The notes beneath the pieces are model-generated. The model was not told the origin of the DNA, ran no database searches, and was given only the letters and a program-made list of their open reading frames with translations. Below, in pieces: positions 47,782 to 57,932 of a stretch of 64,000 nucleotides of DNA. How positions within the stretch are numbered: the stretch's first letter is position 1; each line of letters starts with the position of its first letter. The position numbers and the translations under genes are program-made. Source of the DNA: Candidatus Micrarchaeia archaeon. GTDB taxonomy: Archaea; Micrarchaeota; Micrarchaeia; Burarchaeales; Fermentimicrarchaeaceae. The stretch spans positions 64,001 through 128,000 of the forward strand of contig JAVZHX010000001.1 of assembly GCA_038871515.1 (NCBI GenBank), given 5' to 3'.

Positions 47782-48977
47782 AGCACTCCGTAACCGCATA
47801 ACCTCCACCGCTGTCCTATCCTCCTGCTTATCGCTATCTTTGTATTCTTCTCAGCGCAAACCGGTCTTTTCAGCTTCACGTTCATCAAACTTTTCTTTAT
47901 TTTTTCAACAAACCCAACCGTTGTTGATGTGCCAACGCCAAGCACAAGCGGTTCGTTTAACTTTAAAGGTGGATTCTCCATATCCTGCCTCTCAAAGAGG
48001 TGGAACTCAAGCTCAAGTGAATCGGCAGTTTCCGGGAGGGAGCCAATCCTTCCGAGTATATTCCCAACAAGCGCATCTGCTTTTGTCAGCGCAGGGTCTA
48101 AACTCGTCCCAACAGCAATCAAGCCACCTGGAACTGCTTTCTCAAGTTTCTCTTTTCCAGCATGGAGGGAGACAACCTTTGAAACTATTGGCTCGTAAAC
48201 CTCCCTCTCCCCTTTTGATAAACCAGGTTTTATCTCTATTTCATCACCGCACTTCAGCTCCCCTTGTATCAACGAACCGCCAACAACTCCGCCAGCAAGC
48301 TTCTCTATTTCTGTGCCGGGTTTGTTCACGTCAAAGGAACGCGCCACGTACATACGCGAGGAAGCATTCAAATTCCTTTGGGGAGTTGGAATGTGCTTCT
48401 GAATCTGGCTGATAAGCACATCTGCATTAAGACAGTAATTCGCAACAAATGGAACTACTGGTGCATTCTCCGCAATTGTGCCTTTCACAAACTCCTTTAT
48501 CTGTTCGTAATGTGCTTTTGCCTTTTGTTTATCAACTAAATCAACCTTATTTTGAACAATTATTATATTTTTGATTTTTAGAATGTCAAGCACCATCAAA
48601 TGTTCAACCGTCTGGGGCTGCGGGCAAGGTTCATTTGCAGCAATAACAAGTATCGCCCCATCCATTATGCTTGAAGCTGCAATTGCGGTTGCCATAAGCG
48701 TTTCATGCCCAGGCGCATCAAGGAAGGAAACTCTTCTAAGAATTTCTGTTGGGGAACCGCATTTTGCGCATTTCTCCTCAATTGTAAACCCTTCTGGCTC
48801 AGCGCACTGCGGGCATTTTCTAAAAACAGCATCAGCATAACCCAAACGTATTGTAATTCCTCTCTTCCTCTCCTCGCTGTGAACAAGCGTCCAAACCCCG
48901 CTCAAACATTTGACAACAGATGTTTTACCATGCTCAACATGCCCAAGAAGACCGATGTTCACCTCTGCCTGTCCCAA
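47775..48977 (-). CDS. eif2g: Translation initiation factor 2 subunit gamma
   Basis: GHVEHGKT, RGITIRLGY, Zn knuckle, DAPGHE, NKVD, RSFDVNKPG, WRLCGYG. Confidence 0.96.
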   Translation of the reverse strand: MGQAEVNIGLLGHVEHGKTSVVKCLSGVWTLVHSEERKRGITIRLGYADAVFRKCPQCAEPEGFTIEEKCAKCGSPTEILRRVSFLDAPGHETLMATAIAASSIMDGAILVIAANEPCPQPQTVEHLMVLDILKIKNIIIVQNKVDLVDKQKAKAHYEQIKEFVKGTIAENAPVVPFVANYCLNADVLISQIQKHIPTPQRNLNASSRMYVARSFDVNKPGTEIEKLAGGVVGGSLIQGELKCGDEIEIKPGLSKGEREVYEPIVSKVVSLHAGKEKLEKAVPGGLIAVGTSLDPALTKADALVGNILGRIGSLPETADSLELEFHLFERQDMENPPLKLNEPLVLGVGTSTTVGFVEKIKKSLMNVKLKRPVCAEKNTKIAISRRIGQRWRLCGYGVLQ

Positions 48978-48987
48978 TCAACCACCA

Positions 48988-49377
48988 CTACTTCTCCTCC
49001 TTCTTCTTCGGCGGGAAAAGCTCCTCAAGCTTCTTCTCTCCCCACTCCACAACTTTGCTGTTTATCTGAACTATCTGGTCAGTCACAAGGTTTCCTCGCA
49101 CATTCTTCTTTCTCCTCTCCCCTTTTCTCGTGGGGTTAAAACCAACTCCCCCTGAGAGAAGCAGCTTTGCCCTCCTCCCTCCCTTCAAATCCTTCCTCAT
49201 CGGCACCCCATCCTTGTCACTTCCACCAGTTATCTGAAACTTATAACCTGCTGCTCCAACAACCCCGCCATCAAAGGAATCACCTACTTTCAAACCAATA
49301 AGCAGGCTCTCCTTCTCCTTAGGTATTTCGGTTTGATAGCTCCTCCCTGTTTTTGTATCGGACATCACAATTTTCAT
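48988..49377 (-). CDS. rps6e: 30S ribosomal protein S6e
   Basis: ITGGSDKDGVPMR; GERRKKNVRG. Confidence 0.96.
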   Translation of the reverse strand: MKIVMSDTKTGRSYQTEIPKEKESLLIGLKVGDSFDGGVVGAAGYKFQITGGSDKDGVPMRKDLKGGRRAKLLLSGGVGFNPTRKGERRKKNVRGNLVTDQIVQINSKVVEWGEKKLEELFPPKKKEEK

Positions 49378-49442
49378 TGCAATACCTCCTTACGCTCAAA
49401 AATGGGAATATGATAACGTCGTCAAGATTTATAATTCTGTCG

Positions 49443-51206
49443 TCAAACTGCTTTGATGAATTTATCTCCGAGCATCCCGCGTATTTTACATATGAGCTCA
49501 GCTTCTCTATCGCTCAGCAAGCCTCTGTATTTTTCAAGAAGCACCTTCGCATCCCCCTTTGGAATCACGCTGAACAAAATATCCCCTTCATTCACGTGCC
49601 TCCCGAAAACTGGCTCATCCATCGCAACCGCAACCTGCATTCCCTCAGTTGCTTCGTGAATGCTCTCCTTCTCCTTCTGAATTGACTTTATCTTTCCAAC
49701 AACAACTGCATTTTCATTCATAAACTCATAACCAGGTTTTATCCTTCCAGCAATAACCTCAACTCCAAATATTGCTGGTTTTGAAGCCCGGAAGCAGCAC
49801 CCTGGAAGAACTTTAATTTCTGCAGGAAGCACAAGCGAGGAGAAAGCCTCCAACTGCTCCCTCTTCCTCTCCTCCTCCACCCATTTTTTATAGCTCTCAA
49901 GAAGCGAGTAGATAATTCCCTCTGAGATTATTGTGATGCCAAGCTTTCTCGCCTCCTCCACCGCTTCTCCAAGCACCTCTGTGTTGAACGCAAGCACCAC
50001 TCCGTAGTATCTGTTTTGATTTCTCACTCCGCAAGCATCTATCACATCCTTCTTCACAACTGCCCCTATGCCTGCTCTGCTTACCGGCACCTTCTCATCA
50101 GAAAGCAGCTTGATTATCGCCTCAACAGAGCCAAGCGTATCGGCTTTTAATATAACTCCGGCAATCTCCTTTTCAAAAAGCACTGCACTTATCTCTTTCT
50201 CAACTTCCCTCTTTGCCCTCTCCCCTGAATCTGAGACAACAAAAACAGGCGAGCCAGCAATCGCATCCTCCAAACCAGGCGCAGCTATCTTCACACCGGC
50301 AGCAGCATGCACCTCCTCAACGTTCATGAATTTCTGCCTTGGATCCCTCATCTCATCCAACGGCTTTGGTTTGAGAAGCGCTCTCACTTTTGTTGATTTC
50401 GCTCCGTTTATACTTCCAAACACAATTGTATCTCCTTTCCTTATCACTCCATCGTATAGAATCACGTCAATTGTTTTCCCAAGCCCCACCTCATCCTTCA
50501 CTTCCAGTATGCTCCCTTTCCCTTCTCCTTTCTTCACATGCAACCTCGTCTTCAGGTATTTTTGTGAAAGCCCTGCTATCAGAAGAAGCAGCTCCCCAAC
50601 TCCTTCTCCTGTCTTTGCGCTTATTGGGATTATTGCAACCTGCTTTGTGAAATCTGAAACTCTGTCAAACCTCTCAGACTGAAACCCTAGTTCGCTGAGC
50701 CTGCCAACAAACCTGTAGAGAGTTTTTTCAAACTCTTCCTGCAGCTGGGGGGGTTGGGAGCTGATTGACGAGAGAAGAGATGAATCTGGATGGGGAACCC
50801 ATCCCTGAAGCAAATCTATTTTATTCAGCGCAATAACGAAAGGAGTTTTATACTCCTTCAGAATTTCAAGCGCTTCAAGCGTCTGCGGTTCAAAACCTTT
50901 AGTTACATCAACAACAAGCACCGCCATATCTGAGATGCTTCCGCCTCTTCTCCTCAAATTTGTAAATGCCTCATGCCCAGGCGTGTCTATGAAAAGCAAA
51001 CCAGGTATCTCCAGCTTTGTTTTCATAAGAGAGGTGACTGCTGCGGTTTTTGTTACTGCATCTACCGGCACCTCACTTGCCCCAATATGCTGTGTTATTC
51101 CCCCTTTCTCCCTCTTTGCAACAGATGTTTTTCTTATTCTATCCAGTAGAGAAGTTTTGCCGTGGTCTATATGACCCATCACCACTACAATAGGCTGCCT
51201 TATCAT
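49443..51206 (-). CDS. infB: Translation initiation factor aIF5B (IF-2)
   Basis: RQPIVVVMGHIDHGKT, GGITQHIGA, DTPGHEAF, NKID. Confidence 0.97.
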   Translation of the reverse strand: MIRQPIVVVMGHIDHGKTSLLDRIRKTSVAKREKGGITQHIGASEVPVDAVTKTAAVTSLMKTKLEIPGLLFIDTPGHEAFTNLRRRGGSISDMAVLVVDVTKGFEPQTLEALEILKEYKTPFVIALNKIDLLQGWVPHPDSSLLSSISSQPPQLQEEFEKTLYRFVGRLSELGFQSERFDRVSDFTKQVAIIPISAKTGEGVGELLLLIAGLSQKYLKTRLHVKKGEGKGSILEVKDEVGLGKTIDVILYDGVIRKGDTIVFGSINGAKSTKVRALLKPKPLDEMRDPRQKFMNVEEVHAAAGVKIAAPGLEDAIAGSPVFVVSDSGERAKREVEKEISAVLFEKEIAGVILKADTLGSVEAIIKLLSDEKVPVSRAGIGAVVKKDVIDACGVRNQNRYYGVVLAFNTEVLGEAVEEARKLGITIISEGIIYSLLESYKKWVEEERKREQLEAFSSLVLPAEIKVLPGCCFRASKPAIFGVEVIAGRIKPGYEFMNENAVVVGKIKSIQKEKESIHEATEGMQVAVAMDEPVFGRHVNEGDILFSVIPKGDAKVLLEKYRGLLSDREAELICKIRGMLGDKFIKAV

Positions 51207-51286
51207 ACAAACACCAGAACAAGCTGGAGCTGCTGAAAGAATATGTAGTTATATAAAGGAAAATATATAACACTTTTCTCGGTGGA

Positions 51287-51568
51287 GTGATGCAGGCGCA
51301 GGTGAAAGCAGACCCATTGATTTATGTGAAAAGAATAGAGGAGGTTAAAGGAAATCAGGAAGAGAGAGTGAAGGAGATAGAAGGAATAATAGCTGAGTAT
51401 ACAAAAAGAGGTGGCAGTTTGAGAGATTTGCGGTATTACCTCTCCCTACAATCAGAGGATAGAAAAGTTTTCCTTCAGCCAGAGAGAAAGGGCTACTGCG
51501 AACAACTGAAATCAGTGGAGAACCTTGACGTTGCACTCCTGCTTACTGAAAAGAGAATTAAAAGTTGA
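51287..51568 (+). CDS. Small hypothetical protein
   Basis: 93-aa ORF with GGTGG SD-like sequence upstream; fills the intergenic gap. Confidence 0.55.
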   Translation: MMQAQVKADPLIYVKRIEEVKGNQEERVKEIEGIIAEYTKRGGSLRDLRYYLSLQSEDRKVFLQPERKGYCEQLKSVENLDVALLLTEKRIKS

Positions 51569-52271
51569 ACTTGCCTGCAAATACGTTTTTGAGCTTCAGC
51601 GATTCCTCTCCAGGGTTTTGGGAGTCAACTATTTTTCTTCCCACAATTGCAAAGTTTGCTCCTGCTTTGAATGCTTTCTCAGCATCCCCTCCCTGCGCTC
51701 CTATTCCCGGCGATAGTATCAGAAGCTTCTCCCCAATTCTCTTCCTTATTGATGAGAGCATCTCATACTGGTTGCCCGGCGCAATAACGCCAGCAGCATT
51801 CAATCTTCCAGCCATATCAGCGATTTTGCCAATTATTTCTTCTGTGAACAGGTTATCTGGGCTTGTCATGGTGACAAGCACGAAAACTCCCTTTTTCATC
51901 TTATTCCCAACGTTGATTACTGATTCAACTGCTTTTTCTCCTGAGAAACCATGGCAGATTATCGCATCATAACCCTTTGTGAGGTAATACTCCGCTTTCA
52001 TTGCATTGCTTCTGTCTATATCCGCTATCTTTGCATCAAGTATAACTGGCACACCATCCCCAATTCTCTTTAAGGTGAGTATGGCGCTCTCGTGCGAGAA
52101 ACCCCACAAGTCTGCATACTCTGGGTGAACCTTCACCGCAGCTATATTTTTTGCTGACTCAGTAAGCACCTTCTGCGCCTTATTCCAATCCGTGGTGTCA
52201 AGCGCCAGTATTATATTCGTCCCTCTTCTTTTTGCGTTTTCAATGAATGCTCTCCTGAATACATCCTGCAT
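51558..52271 (-). CDS. pyrF: Orotidine-5'-phosphate decarboxylase
   Basis: IILALD, DAKIADI (DxKxxD), SPGIGAQGG, IVGR. Confidence 0.92.
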   Translation of the reverse strand: MQDVFRRAFIENAKRRGTNIILALDTTDWNKAQKVLTESAKNIAAVKVHPEYADLWGFSHESAILTLKRIGDGVPVILDAKIADIDRSNAMKAEYYLTKGYDAIICHGFSGEKAVESVINVGNKMKKGVFVLVTMTSPDNLFTEEIIGKIADMAGRLNAAGVIAPGNQYEMLSSIRKRIGEKLLILSPGIGAQGGDAEKAFKAGANFAIVGRKIVDSQNPGEESLKLKNVFAGKFNF

Positions 52272-52316
52272 GTTATTACCTCCGTATAGATTAGGTGGTT
52301 AAATAATTAAATTTTA

Positions 52317-52724
52317 CTATGTAAGCTCCCTCATGAGCTTTCTGTAGCTTTTGGGATATCTTCTTTTCAGGTTCCTGCAACGTCTGTAGTAAAGGAAGTT
52401 GGATGTCATGATGCTGGCTTCAAAAGCTGAGAAGAAGGAAAGCAGCGCAAGCATTTCAAAATCATTGTTGAGGAGATAGATGAACACCACTGTAAGGGTG
52501 TAAAAAATCCATTGCAGAAGCAAACCGAGCACTGCTGAAACTTCATAGCTGAAATACCTCCAGAGCAACTTCTGGAATGGATTCTGCTCCCTGCTCTCGG
52601 ATATTTTCTTTCCAAGCGCTTCCGTTGTGAACTTCACAGCACGGTAAGTGCTAAGTTGATCCATCACGGCAAATAAACATAACATAAACCAGGTGAACAC
52701 AGAAAGCTCTGTGGATGAAACCAT
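52317..52724 (-). CDS. Small membrane protein (DUF5658-like)
   Basis: About 3 TM helices; DxxST...ExNP pattern (family recalled). Confidence 0.55.
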   Translation of the reverse strand: MVSSTELSVFTWFMLCLFAVMDQLSTYRAVKFTTEALGKKISESREQNPFQKLLWRYFSYEVSAVLGLLLQWIFYTLTVVFIYLLNNDFEMLALLSFFSAFEASIMTSNFLYYRRCRNLKRRYPKSYRKLMRELT

Positions 52725-52736
52725 ATAAACGCCAGG

Positions 52737-53297
52737 TTAGATGGTGAAATACTCCCTGAATTTCTTCGTTGTGTTCAACACCTTTGTTCTCCCTTTCCTC
52801 TCAGCTGTTATGAACTCCTTCTCAACAAGCTCCTTCACATGCTCATAAACAGACGAGCCAATCATTTTCACAAGCTTTGACTGGGTGATTCCATCATTCT
52901 TTGCAATCACCGCAAGCGTCTTTATCGCTCCTTTTGAAAGCTCTGCTTCCTTTGCCAAGCCAGAAACCTTCTTCTCATACTCTGGCTTCAGCCTCATTAT
53001 ATAACCTCCATCCTCAAAAACAATCACAATTGCACTTCCCCTTGCCCCATACTCCTGCTGAAGCTCCTTTACCTTATCCTCAACAACTTTCCAGGAGTTT
53101 GCCCCGGATATTTTTGAAAGCGCTCTGACTGTTAAAGGGGAGGTGCTCATAAAAAGAGCTGCTTCTATAACTCCTTTCACATCACTCTCTTGCACGGGTT
53201 GAGTTGTTTTCTGCCCAAGCTCCTCCTCAATAACTTGATTAACCTGCTCCGCCTGCTCAGGTTTTTCAGTTTCACCCTCTGAACTCTCGCTTTCCAT
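52737..53297 (-). CDS. scpB: Segregation and condensation protein B
   Basis: IEAALFMS...ELSKGAIKTLAVIA...TTKKFREYF. Confidence 0.93.
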   Translation of the reverse strand: MESESSEGETEKPEQAEQVNQVIEEELGQKTTQPVQESDVKGVIEAALFMSTSPLTVRALSKISGANSWKVVEDKVKELQQEYGARGSAIVIVFEDGGYIMRLKPEYEKKVSGLAKEAELSKGAIKTLAVIAKNDGITQSKLVKMIGSSVYEHVKELVEKEFITAERKGRTKVLNTTKKFREYFTI

Positions 53298-53323
53298 GCT
53301 TCAATTGTGGTGAAGAAAAGATA

Positions 53324-54040
53324 TTAACCTTTACGCATCTGCTTCTCCTCAGCTGCGGGGAGCTGTATGAATATCTCACCAAAAAATTTCTCCTGAAAAA
53401 CAGAAAGTTTACCTTCCTGCGCAAGATGGAGCACTGGAAGCAGCGTGTAGATTATCTCCTCCCGTGTTTTGTTTTTCAGCAATGACGAGAAAGTCACCAA
53501 ACCAGTTGAATCCGCAAGCTTTTTCACTTTATTATAAATTTCCTTCATCCTCTCGGTTATATCATACTTAGGAAGATTTATCAGAAGACTTTCCTTTACA
53601 ATCGGCTTCTCCTGCTTTCTTCTCTGCTCCTCAAATACTTCCTCCAAAGCAGACATCAGCTCATCCAACGTAACCTTTCTCTTCCTCGGTATTCTGGTTC
53701 TTAGGGAGAGCATTGGTATCTCAACAGGCGCCTGTGCTTCATCTATGAAAGTCTGCTCCTCAACTACCTGCTCCTCCTCCTCAAACTTCAAAGCATCGCT
53801 TTTAAAACGCAGTAGAATTGATGCTGCCAGAATGAGGTTGGCTGGCACCCTCAAATCAAGTTTCTGCAACTTCCTAACCCTTTCAATGTATTTTGTTGCT
53901 ATTTCAACCAAATCAATATTCCATGGGTCAAGCTTCTCTGTAACCACCAAGTCAAGCAGCATCTCCCTCCAAGTAGGTTGAGCCACAAGCTCCTCCAAGT
54001 CCACTTTTGTTTTAACATTGTTTGACTGTTCTTCCACCAT
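53324..54040 (-). CDS. scpA: Segregation and condensation protein A (kleisin)
   Basis: LDPWNIDLVEIATKY...ILAASILLRFKS; C-terminal LHLAQEG...QEKFFGEI. Confidence 0.93.
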   Translation of the reverse strand: MVEEQSNNVKTKVDLEELVAQPTWREMLLDLVVTEKLDPWNIDLVEIATKYIERVRKLQKLDLRVPANLILAASILLRFKSDALKFEEEEQVVEEQTFIDEAQAPVEIPMLSLRTRIPRKRKVTLDELMSALEEVFEEQRRKQEKPIVKESLLINLPKYDITERMKEIYNKVKKLADSTGLVTFSSLLKNKTREEIIYTLLPVLHLAQEGKLSVFQEKFFGEIFIQLPAAEEKQMRKG

Positions 54041-54065
54041 ACGCTCTCCTCTTTAGATAATTACG

Positions 54066-55100
54066 TTAACCAATTATTTTAAAATCAACCACAACCTGCA
54101 CAACTCCAGGAGCAAACGGCCTTACAACCCTTCTCCCAACAACCTCTGCTTCTCTACCGCACATAAGAGCATTTATTTCTATCTGCTTCTCCGCTTCCTC
54201 AAACGGGTTTTTCTCTGGAGCAAACTTGTAGAAGTGAACTATGCAGTTTTTCTTTGCAGCAAGGAAAGCCTCCTCAAGGAACTCCTCAGCTCCTTTTGGT
54301 AATGGCATTAAAACTCTATCAGCCCACTCAATAAACTTCTTTGGAACAACTTCCCTCACGTCAGCAAGAATTGGAGTTATTATCTCCTGCATTCTGTTCA
54401 ACCGTATGTTTTCCTCCAAATACTTGAAAGCAACTGGGTTCAGCTCAACTGCGCAAATTTTGACTCTGGGTTGAGTTTTTGCAATCACAATTGGGAAGGG
54501 GCCGACTCCTGCAAACATCGCAAGTATGTTTTCACCTGGTTTAACCTGCTCTGCAATTCTTTTCCTCTCAAAAGAGAGACGAGGCGTAAAATAAACTTTT
54601 GAAACATCTAACCTGAATCTGCAGTTATTTTCATGGTATTCAGTAACTGTTCTCCTCTCCCCTGCAATCGGCTTCAGCTTCCTTATCCTGAAAACTCCAA
54701 GCATTGGGCTTGCTTTCTTAAAAACTGATTTCACGTTTCTGTGCACTTCCATCAGGGAATTTGCAATAACCTTCTCCTTCCTCTCAAGATTTTTTGGAAT
54801 TTCAATTATCGCAATATCGCCTATTATATCAAAGGATTTCACAACTTGTTTTAGCTCCTCTGGGGTAAGTTTTCCTCTCAAACTTTCCTCCAATGAAAAA
54901 ACCCTTGGAGCTCTTTTGGTTAGCTCAACTTCAAAAAGCTTAAAATTTCTGAATTTACCTTTCACTGGAAAGTATACTCCTTCAGGAGATTTTTTTGGAG
55001 CATAACTGGTATCAAGCAAATTCAGCGAGAGCAGCTCCCTTCTCACTTTTTCAGCATTTTCTCTCTTAACAAGAATGCATCTAACCACGCAATCACTCAA
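54066..55100 (-). CDS. trm5: tRNA m1G37 methyltransferase, Trm5 family
   Basis: SFDIIGDIAI, KVYFTPRLSFER, MFAGVGPF, ELNP, DRVLMPLP. Confidence 0.88.
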   Translation of the reverse strand: MSDCVVRCILVKRENAEKVRRELLSLNLLDTSYAPKKSPEGVYFPVKGKFRNFKLFEVELTKRAPRVFSLEESLRGKLTPEELKQVVKSFDIIGDIAIIEIPKNLERKEKVIANSLMEVHRNVKSVFKKASPMLGVFRIRKLKPIAGERRTVTEYHENNCRFRLDVSKVYFTPRLSFERKRIAEQVKPGENILAMFAGVGPFPIVIAKTQPRVKICAVELNPVAFKYLEENIRLNRMQEIITPILADVREVVPKKFIEWADRVLMPLPKGAEEFLEEAFLAAKKNCIVHFYKFAPEKNPFEEAEKQIEINALMCGREAEVVGRRVVRPFAPGVVQVVVDFKIIG

Positions 55101-57897
55101 AAAATATAGATGGTTTCATCGGCATTGCCTGCGCTGCTTTCTTCGCATGTCTCTCATCTGCCTTATCTTCCGAAAGAACAAACACGTCTGCTGTGAGCTC
55201 TGCGGAGAGAAACTCCTTCCCGCTTTCAAGCGCATCCCTCTCCTCTCTTAAGCTGAGAACTCTTTCTGAAAGATAATTAACATTCTTAATAAGCTGCTCA
55301 ACAACTCTTTGAGTTTCCTTTGGGTTCTCCCTCATTCTCTCATCCCTCATCGCTTCCTTCATCACAACATCAAATCGCTTCTCCTTGTAACAAAGCTGGT
55401 AGAGCTTCCTCTTCCATTCAGAAGCGCAGTATATGTATACGTTTCTCGGCGTCATCTTCGTTATCTCCAGTATATTTTCAATATCGCTGCGGGTATCCCT
55501 GATGAGCTGCTCCGAAAGTTCGGAAACAATATCTATTTTCATCTCATCATGTTTGGGCCAGTCAGCAGTTGAAACAAACTCCGAATCGCTCAGAAACTCC
55601 TTCTTTCCTAGCTTCTCCCACATCTCCTCAGCAAAGTGAGGCATAAAAGGAGCAAGCAGCACAATCAAATACTCCAAGTACTCCCTAAGCACCTTTCTGT
55701 TCTTTCCCCCTCTTCTCAGATACCACTTCAGCTCGTTGATTGACTCATAAAATGCTTTCTGAGCTGCATCGCGAAGCTCAAGTTTTTCATATAACTCTGT
55801 GCAGAGTTTAACCTTTCTGTGTATTGCTGAGAGAAGCCATCTATCTATATAACTTTCCTCCTCCGGAAACTCATTGCACTTTTCAACCAACATTTGTATT
55901 GAATTCATCCTTGAGCGAATTCCCTCAGCCATTGTTGAGTTGAAATCCGCATCCTGGGATAAGTCCGCTCCAGAGACAACTGAGAAGCGCACAACATCTG
56001 TCCCATATTTTTTTATCGCCTCCCTCAGCGGCAGTATATTGCCCATGCTTTTGCTCATCTTCTTCCCTTCCATCAGCACAAACCCATTTGTCACAATCTG
56101 CTTTGGCCAAAGCTCCCTTGGGAAGATTGCAACGTGGTTGAACAGGAAAAACGTTAAGTGGTTATGTATTAAATCACCTGCAGAATGCCTTGAGTCAAGA
56201 GGATACCAGTAGAGAAACTCCTCCCTCATTTTGTTAAGCAACGTCTCCTCAACTCCAAGCTTTTTTGATAATTCTCCACTGCTGCCTTTGCCAAGGAAAA
56301 CAAAATCAAAAAACTCCGGCGTGAGCTTCTCAGCATCAATCTCTTTTAAGTAGTGCGATATTGTGTAGAATGCCATGTAGATTGTTGAATCTGAAAGAGA
56401 TTCAATTATCTGAGTTCTATCAAACGGAAAAGGAGTTCCAAGCCCGCTTGCTCTGACGCATGCTTTCTCCTTCAGCCAATCAATTGTGTATTCGTATTCA
56501 ACAACAGTTTTCTTTGGTATAATATTAACATTTTTCAAGCACTCCTTCACCTGCCCCTTCCACCCCTCATCCCCGTAGTTTATGAACCACTGATTCTCAA
56601 CTCTCTTCACAACGCACAAAGCACCGCACCTGCAGTAAACTGGGCCGTTGATTATCTCGTACATAACAAGCGCTTTCCCTTCAGCCAGCATATCATTTTT
56701 TATTTTCTCCTTTGCAGTCAACGCTTTCTCACCTTTATACCTTCCAAGCAGCATCACCCCGCGGTGCGCTTCTGCCCTGTACAGCTCCTCGGTTGCCTGC
56801 TCCGCTTTCGGGTCTTTCTGGTTTTCGACTCCCAGCCTCTCGCAAACCTCCTTCGCAGGGTTGCTTCCATACCCCTCAAGCGCTATAACCTGAATTGATA
56901 AGTCAGAGTATTTCTCAAATGAACTTCCTTTCAAATCCCTTAATGCAAGGTAATCATACGGAGCATGCGCTGGAACGCTCATAACAACCCCCGAGCCATT
57001 CCTTGGGTCAACAAAGTCAGCCGGCAGAATAGGAATTTCCTTTCCAGTCATGAGGTTCACGCACGTTTTTCCAATCAGCTCAACCGTTCTTATCTGCCCC
57101 TTCACCTCAACTTTCATCTGATGCTTCAGCTTCTCAGCAGCCTCAGAGGAAACAACGTATTTTTCACCGTTGCTTTCTATTATCAGGTAATTTGAGCTGG
57201 GGTTCACCCATATGTTGGTTACACCGTAAACCGTTTCCGGTCTGAAAGTTGCGGTGAGCAGATAATAATCACCAAACTTGAACTTTATCAAAACATACTC
57301 ATCAATATTCGGCTCCACATCTTCCTGTGTATCGTGCGAGCCAACCGCATTATTGTCGTTTGGGCACCATGGAACTGGATGGCTTCCTTGTTTCAGATAA
57401 CCTTTCTCATTCAACTTTATGAACTGCCACTCAATAAACTTGTTGAACATTTTATCATAAGTATAGAACTTCCTCCTCCAGTCAATTGAGAACCCCATCT
57501 CCCTCATCCCAAGCTCAATCTCCCTGCTGAAAAAATCAACAAGCTTCTCAGGGGTGTTGAGCTGCGAGATGATGTGCTCAGGGATGTTGTATATATTTTT
57601 GAATATTTCATAAATTTCCTTATCACCTGCAGCAATTCTCTTTGCCATTGCAAGGACTGGAGTGCCGGTAACATGGAACCCCATTGGAAAGAGAACGTTA
57701 TATCCTTTCATTCTCATAAAACGAGCGTAAACATCTGTTGTCGTATACGTTCGGGCATGCCCAATATGCTGAGGGCTGTTTGGATACGGAAAGGCTGCAG
57801 TTAGGAAGAACTTCCTGCTCTCGCTTACATCCGCTTCATAAATCCCTGAATCCGCCCATCTTCTCTGCCACTTCTCCTCAACGTCACAAAGCTCCAT
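55093..57897 (-). CDS. leuS: Leucine--tRNA ligase
   Basis: FPYPNSPQHIGH, ATFRPET, VMSVPAHAPYD, KMSKS. Confidence 0.97.
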   Translation of the reverse strand: MELCDVEEKWQRRWADSGIYEADVSESRKFFLTAAFPYPNSPQHIGHARTYTTTDVYARFMRMKGYNVLFPMGFHVTGTPVLAMAKRIAAGDKEIYEIFKNIYNIPEHIISQLNTPEKLVDFFSREIELGMREMGFSIDWRRKFYTYDKMFNKFIEWQFIKLNEKGYLKQGSHPVPWCPNDNNAVGSHDTQEDVEPNIDEYVLIKFKFGDYYLLTATFRPETVYGVTNIWVNPSSNYLIIESNGEKYVVSSEAAEKLKHQMKVEVKGQIRTVELIGKTCVNLMTGKEIPILPADFVDPRNGSGVVMSVPAHAPYDYLALRDLKGSSFEKYSDLSIQVIALEGYGSNPAKEVCERLGVENQKDPKAEQATEELYRAEAHRGVMLLGRYKGEKALTAKEKIKNDMLAEGKALVMYEIINGPVYCRCGALCVVKRVENQWFINYGDEGWKGQVKECLKNVNIIPKKTVVEYEYTIDWLKEKACVRASGLGTPFPFDRTQIIESLSDSTIYMAFYTISHYLKEIDAEKLTPEFFDFVFLGKGSSGELSKKLGVEETLLNKMREEFLYWYPLDSRHSAGDLIHNHLTFFLFNHVAIFPRELWPKQIVTNGFVLMEGKKMSKSMGNILPLREAIKKYGTDVVRFSVVSGADLSQDADFNSTMAEGIRSRMNSIQMLVEKCNEFPEEESYIDRWLLSAIHRKVKLCTELYEKLELRDAAQKAFYESINELKWYLRRGGKNRKVLREYLEYLIVLLAPFMPHFAEEMWEKLGKKEFLSDSEFVSTADWPKHDEMKIDIVSELSEQLIRDTRSDIENILEITKMTPRNVYIYCASEWKRKLYQLCYKEKRFDVVMKEAMRDERMRENPKETQRVVEQLIKNVNYLSERVLSLREERDALESGKEFLSAELTADVFVLSEDKADERHAKKAAQAMPMKPSIFFE

Positions 57898-57932
57898 AAG
57901 CACCACTTACTTATACGCAAAGTTAATTTAAA

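Noticed and set aside
52737..54040. scpAB separated from smc
   Set aside because: Unlinked smc and scp genes are common in prokaryotes.
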